A DNA stretch of 64,000 nt, from contig OX597824.1 of assembly GCA_951406725.2 (NCBI GenBank), positions 66,216,001-66,280,000 on the forward strand. Direction: 5' to 3'. Of this stretch, positions 12,861 through 25,697 are shown piece after piece; position 1 is the first letter of the stretch; the number at the start of each line of letters is the position of its first letter. Position numbers and translations under genes: made by a program. This DNA comes from Octopus vulgaris (Eukaryota). The notes beneath the pieces are model-generated. The model had not been told where the DNA came from and did not search any database. It saw only the letters and a program-made list of their open reading frames with translations.

Positions 12861-13070
12861 GAAGACAGTTTTCCTAAACTTCCTATTTGAAGTGCATCAA
12901 TAATTTTTTGTTCCATCTCCAGTACACCTTTTAATTGAAAAAGCAGAAGTGGGGGGGGGGGGAGAAAAGAGGCAGGGTTAGCAACCATGGTTCTAGTTTT
13001 CATAATACTGTGCTGTACCTTGGGCAAGTGTCTTTTACCATAGCCTCAAGTTAACTGTATGAGGGAAATT

Positions 13071-13072
13071 TG

Positions 13073-13122
<50 letters not shown>

Positions 13123-13126
13123 GTAC

Positions 13127-13157
<31 letters not shown>

Positions 13158-13186
13158 CATAAATGCATACATACATAAATGCATAC

Positions 13187-13217
<31 letters not shown>

Positions 13218-13302
13218 AATGCATATATATATATATATATATATATAAATATATACATACATAAATGCATATATATATATATATATATATATACATAAAT
13301 GC

Positions 13303-13339
<37 letters not shown>

Positions 13340-13373
13340 CATACATAAATGCATAAATATATATATATATTTA
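13071..13373. repeat. Compound microsatellite (CT)n/(AT)n with recurring atacataaatgcat units
   Basis: Directly visible; it generates three spurious Tyr/Ile ORFs. Confidence 0.95.
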
Positions 13374-13375
13374 TA

Positions 13376-14638
13376 TTGGTTCATCCCATAAATAATGCAG
13401 GTTTTTCAATTGCATGAACTAAAAGTCAGAGAGGGGTGGGGTAAACCATCAGCATCAACTTGCTATAAAAGCAGGTAGTAATTTTACCTTGTCCTTATTC
13501 TTAGTGCAACTTTTGAAAAGTACAGTTCGATTTTAACAGTTACTTTTTCAAAGCTATAGTGAAAGTGACAAAGGAGCATATTCAGCATATTGTGCTTTAT
13601 GAGTTCAATAAAGGCAACAATGCAACATAAAGTGCAAAGAATATTAATGCAGTATATGAGGATCAGACAATAAGTGTGTGCCAGTGTCAATGGTGGTTCC
13701 AGAAGTTCTGAGCCAGAAACTACATCCTAGAAGATGAGCTTTGTCCTTGACGAGGACATCCTGCAAACCCTGGTAGAACAAAATCCCATTGTAACTGTTG
13801 AGGAATTAGCAGAGAATCTTGGATTTAGTCATTCAACCATTCATTGACACCTGCATGCCGTCAGAAAAGTCAGCAAATTGGGTCAATGTGTACCTCGCAA
13901 ACTTTCTGAGTCTAATTGCACGTAGAGAATGAATGTGTGCTCTTCTTTGCCGTCACTTCTCACGAATGAACCTTCTTTTGGACTGAACAGTGACTAGTGA
14001 CAGAAACAGGTTCTCCATAAAAATACCAAGAGCTGAAGACAGTGGGTAGGGAAAAGAGAAACACTGGCACCCCAGGATATAGAAGGTCTTTATCCATGCA
14101 AGGTGGTGTTACCTGTTTGGTGGGATATGAAAGGTTTAGTCCACTTTGAACTTTTAAGCTTAAACCAAATTATAACAAAGGAGGTCTATTGCAAGCTTGA
14201 GCAGCTTAAGTCAGCGCTACAAGAAAAACGACCATATTTGGCTTCAAGACAAAAGGTGTTCTATATCAGGACTATGCTTGGCCACATACAGCGAGGATGA
14301 CATTCCAAAGGCTGGAGCAGTTTGACTGGGAAACGATGTTGCACCCACCATATTTGCCGGACATTGCCCCATCTGATTATCATTTATTCTGTAGTCTTCA
14401 AAATTATTTGGATGGAAAAAATATGAATTCTATAGATGAGGTCAGAACAGTACTGGAGGAGTATTTTTTGTGATGAATAAGAGAATTTTGAAAGAAGGGT
14501 CTTGCAAGTCTACCAGGGAGATGAAAGAGCTTTGTAGAAAATGAAGGAGAGTATATTTTAGATTAAAAAAGAAGTTTGTTATCTTAATTTTAAAAAGTAA
14601 AAGTATTAAAAAATTGCATTATTTATGGGATGACCCAA
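13376..14638 (+). mobile_element. Near full-length mariner (DD34D) element with inactivated transposase
   Basis: TA-flanked TIRs ttggttcatcccataaataatgca / tgcattatttatgggatgacccaa, ~1.26 kb. Motifs VWWDMKGLVHFELL and HPPYLPDIAPSDYHLF, with many stops and frameshifts. Confidence 0.92.
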
Positions 14639-16604
14639 TATATACACACATTTATATATGTGCATACACACATTGGTGAAGGATACAATTATTATAAAAA
14701 AAATCAGTTATGAATGAAGTTCCTAGAGGTATTTGTTTGGCACTGAGTTAGACACTCCTTCTGAATCACAGAACCTGTGATTGGTCAAATTAAGTTTCTG
14801 TTTACAAATCGCGATATACAATAAACAACCAGGAATGGTTTGATGAGGATTTGGTTGTTATTTCTGTCAGGTCAAGTAATCACCTAGAGGATGAGAGTGT
14901 GGCTGAAAAATGGGTCAGCCGACATGTGATCATTATTATTATTATTAATGTCTGAGGGCTAGTGCAAGACAAAGTTTGTGGGTGGGTAGAGCAAGAACTA
15001 CTATTGGGAAAAACAAAAGACAGGTTGATTGTTAGGAAAGTGCTTGATCATAGACGTACTGGATCAGGGTCAGCCTTGGGCTAAACAACAACTAGCAACA
15101 CTACAATTATTCCATTGTAACCTTCAATATTAACACCTGCCCCTACATGTCACTCAATAGAATAACAATAATTAGTTAAAAAAATATATTTTCTGCTCTC
15201 TCATCCCATACACAGCAGGTAAGGTAGCAGTATTCCAGTTCTGGAACCAGTCATAGTAGCTTCTTTAGAATAAAGTCGGCTGACTCCAGTATTGTGCACA
15301 ATCATATCTGCACCTTGATGATAATGATAATGAAAAACTTGTTGGAAGAATACTAGGCAAGGAATGAATACGATTAATGATAGCTTTGGTTAATTGCAAC
15401 AGATTTCTTTGTAGTTGGAGACAAGGAGAGGGAAAGGAAAGAGGATGAAAATGAGGATTTGGAGGAAGAGGAGAGTATGAAGAGAAAGTGATTATGAGAA
15501 GAAAGTGGAAGGAGTGAGAACAAAGAGGAAGAGTATGATGTGAGAGGGGAAAAGAACGAGGAGGAAGGGGATAGGAATGATGGAAAGGAAGTAGAAGAGA
15601 AAGCAGGAAAAGGAGCAGAAAGAAAATGAGAATGACAATGGAGGAAGAAAGAATAAGAGTAATAGAAGTAGTCTTTCTCTTCCTTTCTCTTTCCTTCAAT
15701 TAATTCCCAGTGCTATGGCTTCTGCAGAAACAGATCTACCAGAAGCTTGTTTTGATACTCATTTTCATAAATTTCATTTGAAAGCAATATCACTGCACCT
15801 GACACAAGCAAGAGCTTTGATTGTGTCTGATATGAGAATCTCCTAGATGGGTTGCCTGTCTATGGATCCATCTATTTCTCTTTTATTATTTATTTACTTT
15901 GAAATTTCCTTCCAGACTGCTCCATAGCACAATTCTTTCTATCTATTAACTCTTTAGTTTCCATATTTAGGTTGAAATGTGCTGCCTATATTTCAATTAA
16001 GTTCAAAAATAAAGAAGAGTGTAGTAAAATGGCTTCCACATTAATAAACTGGTGAATGAAACATAAATTAACATGAAATTTCGATGAAAGGATTCAATTT
16101 AGATTACTTTAAAACAGGAAGTTTGCATTATAAACCTAAGGGCAGTCTCACATGGGTTGGTAGTTAGAGTTAATACCTACCTGTTGGCACTTCTAACAAC
16201 ACGCACTTATGCAGTTAACACTTTTCACTTTTCTCTAACCATCCACACAAAGGCATCATTCACAAAGAGAGAAAAGCCCTGAAAAGCTCACACTAAACCT
16301 GCATTGCCTTCATGAACACACCTCGAAAATAATGGGGGAAATGACAACATAATCTTTCTCAGTATAGCCAAACTCTACATGTACCAAAGAAACAGTATTG
16401 TACCTCACTATTTCTGTATATGAAAATAAACAGACCACCAGCTGCTACAATTCCTAAATTCAAGCTACCTGACTAGTTCTCAAGGTATTCACTTGAAGTT
16501 CAGAAAATATTTTAGCCATCAACTCATTTGCTGAACGTGTACTAAGCTCAAGTAATAGAGTACAGTTTACATAACTTATGAAAGTGCTGCTATTCTTAGT
16601 ATTA

Positions 16605-16635
<31 letters not shown>

Positions 16636-16919
16636 AACACACACACACAATCTACAAGTGCTTTTGTAAAAATGCAAGGGTACCATGAAATAAGAGGTAT
16701 TTTAATAAAATTTAACAAGCATTTATTTTATAAAACAAATGCAATTTACCTTTTGAAAATAAGTTTTAAAAACGTTTTTTTTTTTATATGTATCAATTCT
16801 TTAAAACAGTTTTTGATTCTGAGGGTGTCTGCAAAATATAGATATAGGTTCTGCAAATTTTTGAAAATTGTATAATGGGTTCTATCCTTTGCCCTGGGTC
16901 AAAAGAAGGCCATTTGACT

Positions 16920-17230
16920 AAATGACAAAGATTTACTCTGCAACACATACAATCTCAAGTGACCATATAGAAGATCTCTCATTGGTTTGTATCATCCATC
17001 ACACTCATGCTAGATGATATAAGTCAAAGGTACCTGCTAGAAGTAGTAGACAAATCTCCCACAATTTACACCCACACCATCTTAGAAAGGAAAAAAAACA
17101 TTGGGTAATATAGCCTTAGATATGCTATGTTTGAAAAATGATATAGAAATGAAGAGCTAGGATAGATACAGGTGGAATATTTTATAATAAGTCTGTTCAA
17201 TTAAGACTGATAGAAGCTAAAACAATAACA
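16920..17230. repeat. Copy of an abundant ~200-bp interspersed repeat (family R)
   Basis: Motifs acctgctagaaatagcagccaa and caggtcag.cctgat.gagcagacctat.atcaaagg.attccagc.atgaccatc recur at ~26040-26240, 28650-28850, 29010-29220, 31540-31660, 34820-35045, 35940-36110, 39990-40190, 41880-42035, 43210-43410, 44970-45170, 55930-56090 and 59810-60000. Confidence 0.7.
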
Positions 17231-18809
17231 ATATTGTTTCCTCTCTTTGCAGCATCTACCACAACAACTTTGCTTTATACGAGATAATAGCACATCTCCA
17301 CTTCACCTGAGTCCTCCTGACATACCTTCCTGCTTCTTCTCATCACCCTCTAAAATCATGCCCTACGTAACTTTGCTCAAGCTTTTCCTCCCACTAGAAC
17401 CTTCTTCTCACTCACATTTTCACTACATACATTAACTTGAATATTAACTGCATCAATCACACAGTCTTGAGAGAGCCAGCAGAAATCATGGGTACTTTTC
17501 CCTCATCCTCTAATTTATAATTTAAAAAAAAAGGGGGGGGTTTCACATAATTAATTGTCTAGATTATAGCATATTACTGGCATTCCTAATTAAAGGAATT
17601 AATATCTTTCATCTAGACCAGTGAACTCAAGCTACTGAGGCAGTAGAAGTAGTACAACCATTCCAGATTAAAATATTGATACCACTATTGGTGCTGGAGC
17701 AGATTAACCTTTTAGCATTCAGATTTCTTTGTCAAATTTAATGCTTATTTATTCACATTGTTCTGAATTAATCATGCATTATCTCATATTGTCATGATTT
17801 CAACCTCAAGTGACCACATAGAAGATCTCTCATTAGTTTGTATCATCCATCACACTCATGCTAGATGATATGAATCAAAGGTACCTGCTAGAAGTAGGTT
17901 CTGAATTAATCATGCATTATCTCATATTGTCATGATTTCAATGATGTGTTTATTTTTTATAATGACATTGTATGATAGGTGCAAGAGACTGGATCTGGTC
18001 AGAATAAATATAAGACACTAGAATATTTGAGCTGGTTTAAATGCTACACATTTAAAATTCAATATAACCTATGGAATGCTATTTTCAATTGACTAATCAA
18101 CTACTTCTCTACTAGATGTCTGCTTAAGCAGTGCTAACTAGAATATAACTAATTTGTTGTTGAGTGCTGCAATGTCAACAACAAATACTGTCTGATTCAG
18201 TTAACCTTAGAATGTTGAATGGATAAGTTGATTTCTAACAACATGCTTGAAATTTGAGGTTCCAACATATTTAATGTAAATCAACCTTCTTAAGTATACC
18301 ATGTGCACTATTATTGTTGTCCAAATCTGTCAAACAGTACTACTTCTAACAGAACTACATGGTTTCAAATTTAGAGGGAGGTTATAGTTGTTTCATAGAG
18401 ACTGCAGGTCCTGACTACAACATTATTTCATCAACCCATGGAAGATGGTATTTAGAAAATGTCGAAGAGTGAAAACAGTTGAAGCATTTTTCTTTTCTTT
18501 TTGTATGATTTAAGTTTGGAGAAAAGAGATATGTCCATGGTTTTCATAGGTCCTCCATCAGAAGTGAAATTAGTGCAGTTAATATTCTCCTTGAACAATT
18601 TCAGCTGAGATGGAGTATTGTGAGAGTCCAAGGATATTTTAGGACAGGGGAAAAACTAGTGGTTAGTGCAACGCATAGCAGTGATGTTGGACACAATATG
18701 GAATATGACAGGAAGAGAAGTGATCAGGTAGGACTAAATGGAGGTGGCATGAAATCAACCAGTTTTGAAAAGAGGCCATTGTAACAAAGATAAAAGAAAC
18801 AATGTCTAC

Positions 18810-19080
18810 TTCATATTCCTATATTTACTGTATCAACTAGACTATCGGATGTTGTCGCACACTGATATTCACAATGTGGTTCCTTGCATTACTGTAACTT
18901 TTGAATGATGCCACCCTGCTGGTGAGATGGGCTGGCCAACAGTCCCCCTGAATGAGAGGCCAGTCTCTCATAGGGTTACCCATTTACATGGGAATGGATT
19001 AAAGTAACATGAAATGAAAGTGTTCAGCTCAAAAACAATCATGAGTGACACACCCTAAACACTAGGCCACAGCCTCCACA
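18810..19080 (-). mobile_element. tRNA-derived SINE, third family (related copies ~26860-27100 and ~30600-30810)
   Basis: Minus strand begins with an A-box-like gtggcctagtgtttagggtg and has gagc.gaacactttcatttcatgttact, similar to the other copies. Confidence 0.55.
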
Positions 19081-20379
19081 TATTACTATACTAAAACTAA
19101 AAAAACAAGCTATTCCCCCACAAAGGCTTAACTGCAGCTTTAATGAAGTCCTGAAAGGAAATAACAGAAGTTATTGTCAAGAATATGACCAGCAATTAAA
19201 CCAAGAGACCAAGGTATTGCTGATGCAATAGTGCCAATCATGAAATAATGTTCAGTCAAATGTAGTTAATATATCTTGATTTTTTTTTTTATCAAAATCT
19301 AAACTTGTCTGAAATCCCTACAATTTGTGGGCTATTTACTCCTCCCCCTCTTGCCTATCTTCAGTAATGCAGAAGATATCAAACTAGCAGAATTGTTAAT
19401 CCTTTAACATTCAGTTTAATCTATCAAATGTAATGCTTACTTATCCACATTTTTCAAAATTAATTATCCATTATCTTGTAGCTTCAAGATTTTGAAAGTG
19501 ATTGTTATTTTTAAAATGACATTCTAAGCTAGATGTGAAAGGCTTGGATCTGGCCAATTTGAACATAAAACAGGTAGAATATTTGGGCTGGATATGACTA
19601 GTTTAAGTGCTAAAGGGTTAAGGTATCAGAATGCCTTGTGATATTTGTTCTGAATTATAATTTTACCAAAGTCAAATGTGCCTTTCGTTCCTTCAGAGTT
19701 GATAATAAAATGCCAATCAAATACTGGGATTAATTTCTCCTCTGCCCCTCTAAACCGTCTATATGAAGATGCTTACAAAGAAAGGTGCATTCACACTGCA
19801 GCTCCACAAAGCATTTCACTATCAATACATTGTGAGCTCAGGAACAAGCTGGTGTAATATATGTGTTGGCACTTTAGTAAAGCTTCAGCAGCAAAAGCTA
19901 TGTTAGTTCTTCACTATAAGGAATTGATGAAAATCTTTTTTGTAAAAGGATATTTAAAGAAATGAATGATGAAATATAATTATAATTTTTCAAATTATCA
20001 AAGGTTTTTTTAGAAATGAAATATGTTTTCAATATTTACATCTCTGTGTTTCAACTGGTTTAATATCCAATTAAAACATGGTGTAGAATAGCAAAAATGT
20101 ATTTCAGACATTTAGATATTTAATATGAAGGATGAGTTTTGCTCCTTCATCATATCACACTTTCTCTACATAGACAGTGGTGAGGAGGATAATTCAGAGC
20201 ATTCAAACAATTCTATGAAAACAGATAAAAACCAAATGTTAAAGATGGTTTGGGAAAAATTTGCCCAGAATTACATCAAGTTCACTGAAGAGAATGAAAG
20301 TGTAAGGAAATCATGCAGTGTATGTATAAAAAAAACACTACTTTCCACAAAGACCATATAGCTAAGCTAGCATGGAATA

Positions 20380-20550
20380 TCATCATTTAACGTCCATTTC
20401 CCATGCTGGCATGGGTTGGCCTAACAGGACCAGGGTCTGCACCAGATTCTATAGTCTGTTTTGGTTTGGTTTCTACACCTGGATGTCCCTCCTAAAGCCA
20501 ATAACTTTATTGAAAGTGTTGGGTGCTTTTTATGTGGTACCATCACCAGT
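20380..20550 (-). mobile_element. (GAT)n-tailed RTE-related 3' end / SINE family B (also ~24980-25150 +, ~51400-51697 +, ~42507-42555)
   Basis: Shares ggatg.ccttcctaa.gccaa and catcatttaacgtcc..tttccatgct.gcatgggttgg with the ends at 6050 and 39258. Confidence 0.75.
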
Positions 20551-21287
20551 GTTCCATAAAGGGCAAGAAAATACTCCCAGAGTCACTGTTTGATAGTATG
20601 TAGCTTTTCAGAATGAATATGAGACACTTTGGCACAGCGATTATGGTGCTGCTTATTTGGCATCATTGATTCAATACCAACTTATTTGACAACAGATGTT
20701 TTAACGTTTCTCTTGTTCTTCCCCACCTCCCAGTCTCTATCGGAATGTGTATATTTCTTTGTGTGCATGTGCATGTTTGCCTTTAATGTCAAAATGTACT
20801 GAACCAAAACAGGTTGGATGACCAGTCAGCCATGTCAAATAGTCAGCATCCAAACATCTGCAGCTCATTATCTCATTCTGAATCAGAGCAACATGCTCAG
20901 CAACTTCAAGTAGGTAGGTGAGGGTGTTATTCCCTAAATCTAAATACATCCAACTGCTCTACTCTCCTTTTTTAAAAATTTATACTCTCTATTCAGACAT
21001 CTTTGTATACTGAGACAAACTTATCATTGACAGAAAATCCCTTAGTTACTTAAGTTTTTTGACTATCATTCTTGGACATCCCATAAAATAAACTAAGCAT
21101 TCCTTAATTAATAAAATTTCAACTTGACTAAACACTCATACACAAATTAAAATGCATTTTTTTAAAAACTTATTTCTAGTCAGGTAAAGTATTCAAAATT
21201 GAAAATCAAACATCTTTATAAACAAATTCTGTAACAGTTCTGCATATATATATATATATATATATATCCACACACACACACACACAC

Positions 21288-22166
21288 ACATCTGTAGGTT
21301 TAATAAAAGTGAAATAGAGAAAAGAATGAAACACATATTTTTATTTTCGAAATGTACATATAATGCCATTTTGTTTCAATAGGTGCCATCTGTGACGTTT
21401 TGTTTCAATTCATTTTCAGTTGCCAACATGAATTGGATGGGCAAGCATCACACTTTCATTGTGGAAATGTTTATCAAGAACAACAAATCCATAACTGCAA
21501 CATGAAGAGTGTTCCATGTGCACTTCAGGCTTGGTAGACATGATCTTGTACCCACTAGAAATTCTACAGCAGCAGAATTTGGCATTTGGGGTTCATACAT
21601 CTTCGAAGGAGACAATGTTACAGTGACAGTAAACTCTGATTGATATTGTGTGATGTTAGAGACTTTTCTGAAACCCAAACTGAGTGAACTTGATAGGGAC
21701 AATGTTTGGTCTCAGCAGGATGGGGCAAACAGCCCACACTTCTCAAAGTGCAATAGGAATTTTGAGGGAAATGTTCCCCAATCATTTGATCTCATTGTGC
21801 GGTGACATTGGTTTTCCCACCTGATCACCTGATTTGAACCCGTGCGATTTTTTTTCTATGGGGATACCTGAAATCAGAGGTATACACTTGCTGCCCTCAA
21901 TCTATTGAATAATTAAGATACAATTCATCAAGAAATTGCTGCCATTCCACATGAAATGGCCCATTGGGTCATGGACAACTTTTGACAACGCCTTCAACAG
22001 TGTGTGGACAGTAACAGCATCCACCTGACTGATTTAATTTTTAAAACCAAATGAAACAAAATAACATTATATGTACATTTCGAAAATAAAAACACATTTT
22101 GCATTCTTTTCTCTATTTCACTTTTACTAAACCTACAAATGTGTCAGATCATTTTGCTGCACCTTG
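21288..22166 (+). mobile_element. Internally deleted DD41D (rosa-type) Tc1/mariner element with ~100-bp TIRs
   Basis: QQDG...ILREMFPNHLISLCGDIGFPT*SPDLNPCDFF.WGYLKSEVY, giving 41 residues between the second and third Asp after correcting one frameshift. Bases ~21290-21378 are inverted relative to ~22050-22140. Confidence 0.85.
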
Positions 22167-22323
22167 TATGTATGTGTGTATATATATATTAAGGGAGCTC
22201 ACACATGACTAATTAACTGTCTTTTAGTCACCCCTCTTCATGCAATATACAAAGCTTTTGTTAAAAGAAATTTATTGCCATGTTATTAAAAACAGAATAA
22301 GTGTATGTATGTATGTGTGTGTG

Positions 22324-22354
<31 letters not shown>

Positions 22355-23249
22355 ATGCGTGCTTGCACACACACATTAACTACATTGATTAATGCAATAT
22401 ATGGTGATATGTAATCATAAAACATGTGGAGACACTGAAATGATGAAGACATTGAAATGAAGAATAGAATATCTAAACTAATACTTCAAAACTGTAGAAA
22501 ATTGTTTTTGATAATGAAGAACAAAGACAAAAAAAAAAAATTACTGTGTTAAATAAAATTTGAGATCAGTTTACATAAAAAATTATGTACCTCAATAAGT
22601 ATGTATATAAATAAACAGGAATGAGCTGTGAGAGCTACATACATTGGTAGCTCTCACAATTAATTTCAGCCTTGTTCCTCTTTATTTGTATGCATTCTCA
22701 TTCTATATATTTACACTTGGATTAGTAATTAAAAAAATTGATAATTTTGCAAAAATATCAGTGTCAGTGAATTAAACAAAAACAAATGACAACAGTAATT
22801 CACAAATTGTTTTTCATTAACAACAGAAGAATTAGCAAAGCCAACATAGTTAAGACGATTCATAAACTGTGGCTTCTACTGGAAAAACATTTTTCTTAGT
22901 GGTTAGTAATGAAATGCATGTGCTTGCAAATGGTTACCTTATTGTTGGAAATTTCTAATCATGTTAGAGAGACATGACTAATGATGGTAGCAAGGCTATA
23001 AAAGAGGAGCGTGTTGGTGCATGCAGCTTACATAAATAGTAGCTGAGATACAATAATAAAATCACAAAAGCTGATTAACCAAAAATACTGCCTTGCTTTT
23101 GAGGTGCACAGCTCAGCATTAAAATATTGAAACAGACCAAGGAAAAAAATATTGAAAAGCCTTCATGCAAATATTATTAAGTAGGCGTGATGGAAGTATG
23201 GAAGTTGATGGCTATTTCGATTAGTTACACAAATTGTTTATGCCTTCAA

Positions 23250-23478
23250 AGAATATATATAACATGTATACATACATGTGTGTGTGTGTATGTGTGTGTA
23301 TATATGTATATATATATATTTGTATACATATATGTACATATATATGTGTGTATATATATATATTTGTATACATATGTGTGTGTGTGTGTGTATATATATA
23401 TATGCATATATATACATACACAAATATATGCACATAGGCACATACATATGAATACATACATATACAGATATATATAGT
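23250..23478. repeat. Compound (AT)/(GT)/(AC) microsatellite
   Basis: Directly visible; source of five spurious ORFs. Confidence 0.95.
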
Positions 23479-23939
23479 ATTTGAAATGACTATTACAATT
23501 TTAAAAAAAATAGCAAAAATGTTTAGAATTGTAAATTATTTACCAATACGTTACGTGATCTTGAATTTCTACGGAATTTCGCCTGCAAATTCATCCAAGA
23601 ATGAGTTTTGAATTAATAACTCATGAAAGAAAGTTTCAAAAGACACTCATCAAATGATACCAACAGAAAAGAGTTAAGAAAGAGTGAACTTTCAGTGTCA
23701 GAGTAATCGCTGAAAGATTAAAAAGCACAACAGAAACAGCAGCTCGTACAAAAGGGATACATTTTCAATAGATCACCTTGCAAAAATTTTGGATAAACAT
23801 TTACAGAGTGAATTCAAAAGAAGCTGATGTAAATTTTCTTGTAACATAACTCATTGTGGGATATTTATATTGCCTGAAGCTATATCAATTAAAAAGATGT
23901 TCGTATATATTTTTTTTCTAGATGCTTTTCTAATGTATC

Positions 23940-24400
23940 ACATGAATTAATAAAAAAAAAAAAGAAAGAAATCAAAGCTGAAGCCAAACACATGATACTT
24001 AAAGATTATAAAGTGTTATGTCATGGACAAATAAAACTGAGGGTTAATAATTGAAATTTATAGCTTTATTAAATGCTACATGAAGAACAACATTGGCTAC
24101 AGTCCAGTACATGAAAGGTATAGCTTAATAAAAAGTGCTGCAACATATGAAACAAAACAATGAAGCCAGCCCAAAAAATGAAATATAGAGATTTACAAAG
24201 TACTACACAAAGAACAGATACTCAAGGTGAAGCTAAAAACACACAAAACACGGCACTTCTAAATTGTTACAAAAATAACAAGGACAAACATCCAAGCAAA
24301 GGCCCAGTACATGAAACCTAAAGCTTTTTATAAAGGTCTTGTCAGAAGAAAAGCACGCAGGAGAAAAACCCAAAATAGCTGATCAAAGATTAACAAAGCT
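23940..24400 (+). repeat. Degenerate ~60-66-bp tandem repeat
   Basis: A tgaaa...tagc/aagc.tt.ataaa.tgcta-like motif recurs near 23992, 24052, 24112, 24179, 24245 and 24312; ccagtacatgaaa occurs at ~24104 and ~24304. Confidence 0.5.
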
Positions 24401-25476
24401 GCATCTTAAATTTCTGAAGAAACAAGACTTGCAGAATGCAGGAGTGTTTGAGTGCAAACAGTGCATTAAAGAACTGATATAGTAACTGAGCTGCTTCAAA
24501 CTGCTGTGCATGGAACAACATGAAAAGTTCAACAACTGCACTGAGGTGCAAAAGACTATGCATAATTGATCGTAAACTTGATTAATTGCAATACTGTTTT
24601 CAATAAGTGGCACAAATGTGAATGTGACAAAAACATACTGAGTACAAATTTGGAAATGTTATTGAGTACATAAACACACACAGGCACGAACACATACATA
24701 CATTCATAGATACATATATACACACACATGTTCGCATGTGTGTGTGAGTATATGTATGTTTGTATGTGTGTATATACATATGTGCATATATATTTGTAAT
24801 TTAAGTGTATATAAATATTTGTGCATGTGTGTGTGTGTGTGTGTGTGTACTTTACCCTCAGAACACTTGGTATAAAACTATACCTCTTTCTAATGTAACC
24901 CCACATAGTCAAGGAGCAATTTCTTTGTCTTGCAAGTTACTTGGTAACCTCATTAATGCTGATGTCACAAAAAAAAAAAAAATACTCACCCAGGACATTG
25001 TGCAAAGTGGTTGGCATTAGAGAAGGCATCCAGCCATAAAAATTATGCAAAAACAGACAATGGAGTAGGACACAGTCCTTTGGCATGTATCCATTCACAC
25101 CATTGGACCCATGCCAGTTTGGAAAAGAGGTATCAAATGATGATGATGATAATGGTGTACGCGCGCGTGTGTGTGTGTGTGTGTGCATGTAACAGTTGTT
25201 GTGAAAACAGCTGAGTAGCTAAGGTATCAGCAGGTAGTTCATGAGTTTTGTGTTCATTTTTTTTTTAACAGTTAAGTCAGAGGAAGAAAGGATCACTTGC
25301 AACCCTTTTCATACACCCTCAACAGTGGTAGTGGAGTGAGGGAAGAAATTACCTTCACAGCAGGGACCTAGCCTGAATTCATGCAACAGATTGTACTCTG
25401 CTAAAAACATGAATGCATCTCAGTGAAATGGGCTGAGAGGAATTCATGCCAGGTCATCTGGGAAAATTGGCTTTAA

Positions 25477-25697
25477 CCCTTTCGTTACCGACCCGGCCAA
25501 AACCGGCTCTGGTTCTGTAGTACAAATGTCTTGTTTTCATAAGTTTTGCATCAAAATATACCACCAAACCTTAGTTGTAATTTATATTCCTAATACTAGC
25601 TTAATGATAGCTAAGTTATTTTACTAAATTCTTTGTTATATTTAAAATAATTGGAAGAAACACAGAGCATCTCAAAATAAATACAGTAACGAAAGTG
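25477..25697. mobile_element. piggyBac-type MITE, family P2
   Basis: TTAA|CCCTTTCGTTAC...GTAACGAAAGTG|TTAA. Confidence 0.85.

Noticed and set aside
13035-13384. Long Tyr/Ile/Cys/Val ORFs (also 23187-23477, 54022-54348, 57136-57441)
   Set aside because: They are translations of (AT)n/(GT)n microsatellites, which lack stop codons by composition.
15265-15699. 144-aa minus ORF with a long pyrimidine tract upstream of RNLLQLTKAIINRIHSLP
   Set aside because: Most of it is a purine/pyrimidine-biased low-complexity tract. The putative acceptor is phase 2 and does not fit the phase-0 donor at 40840.
20125-20361. Plus-strand ORF with VWEKF...CSVC (BED-finger-like) and an acceptor-like site
   Set aside because: It lacks the His ligands, a partner exon and a convincing donor; at best a decayed transposon fragment.
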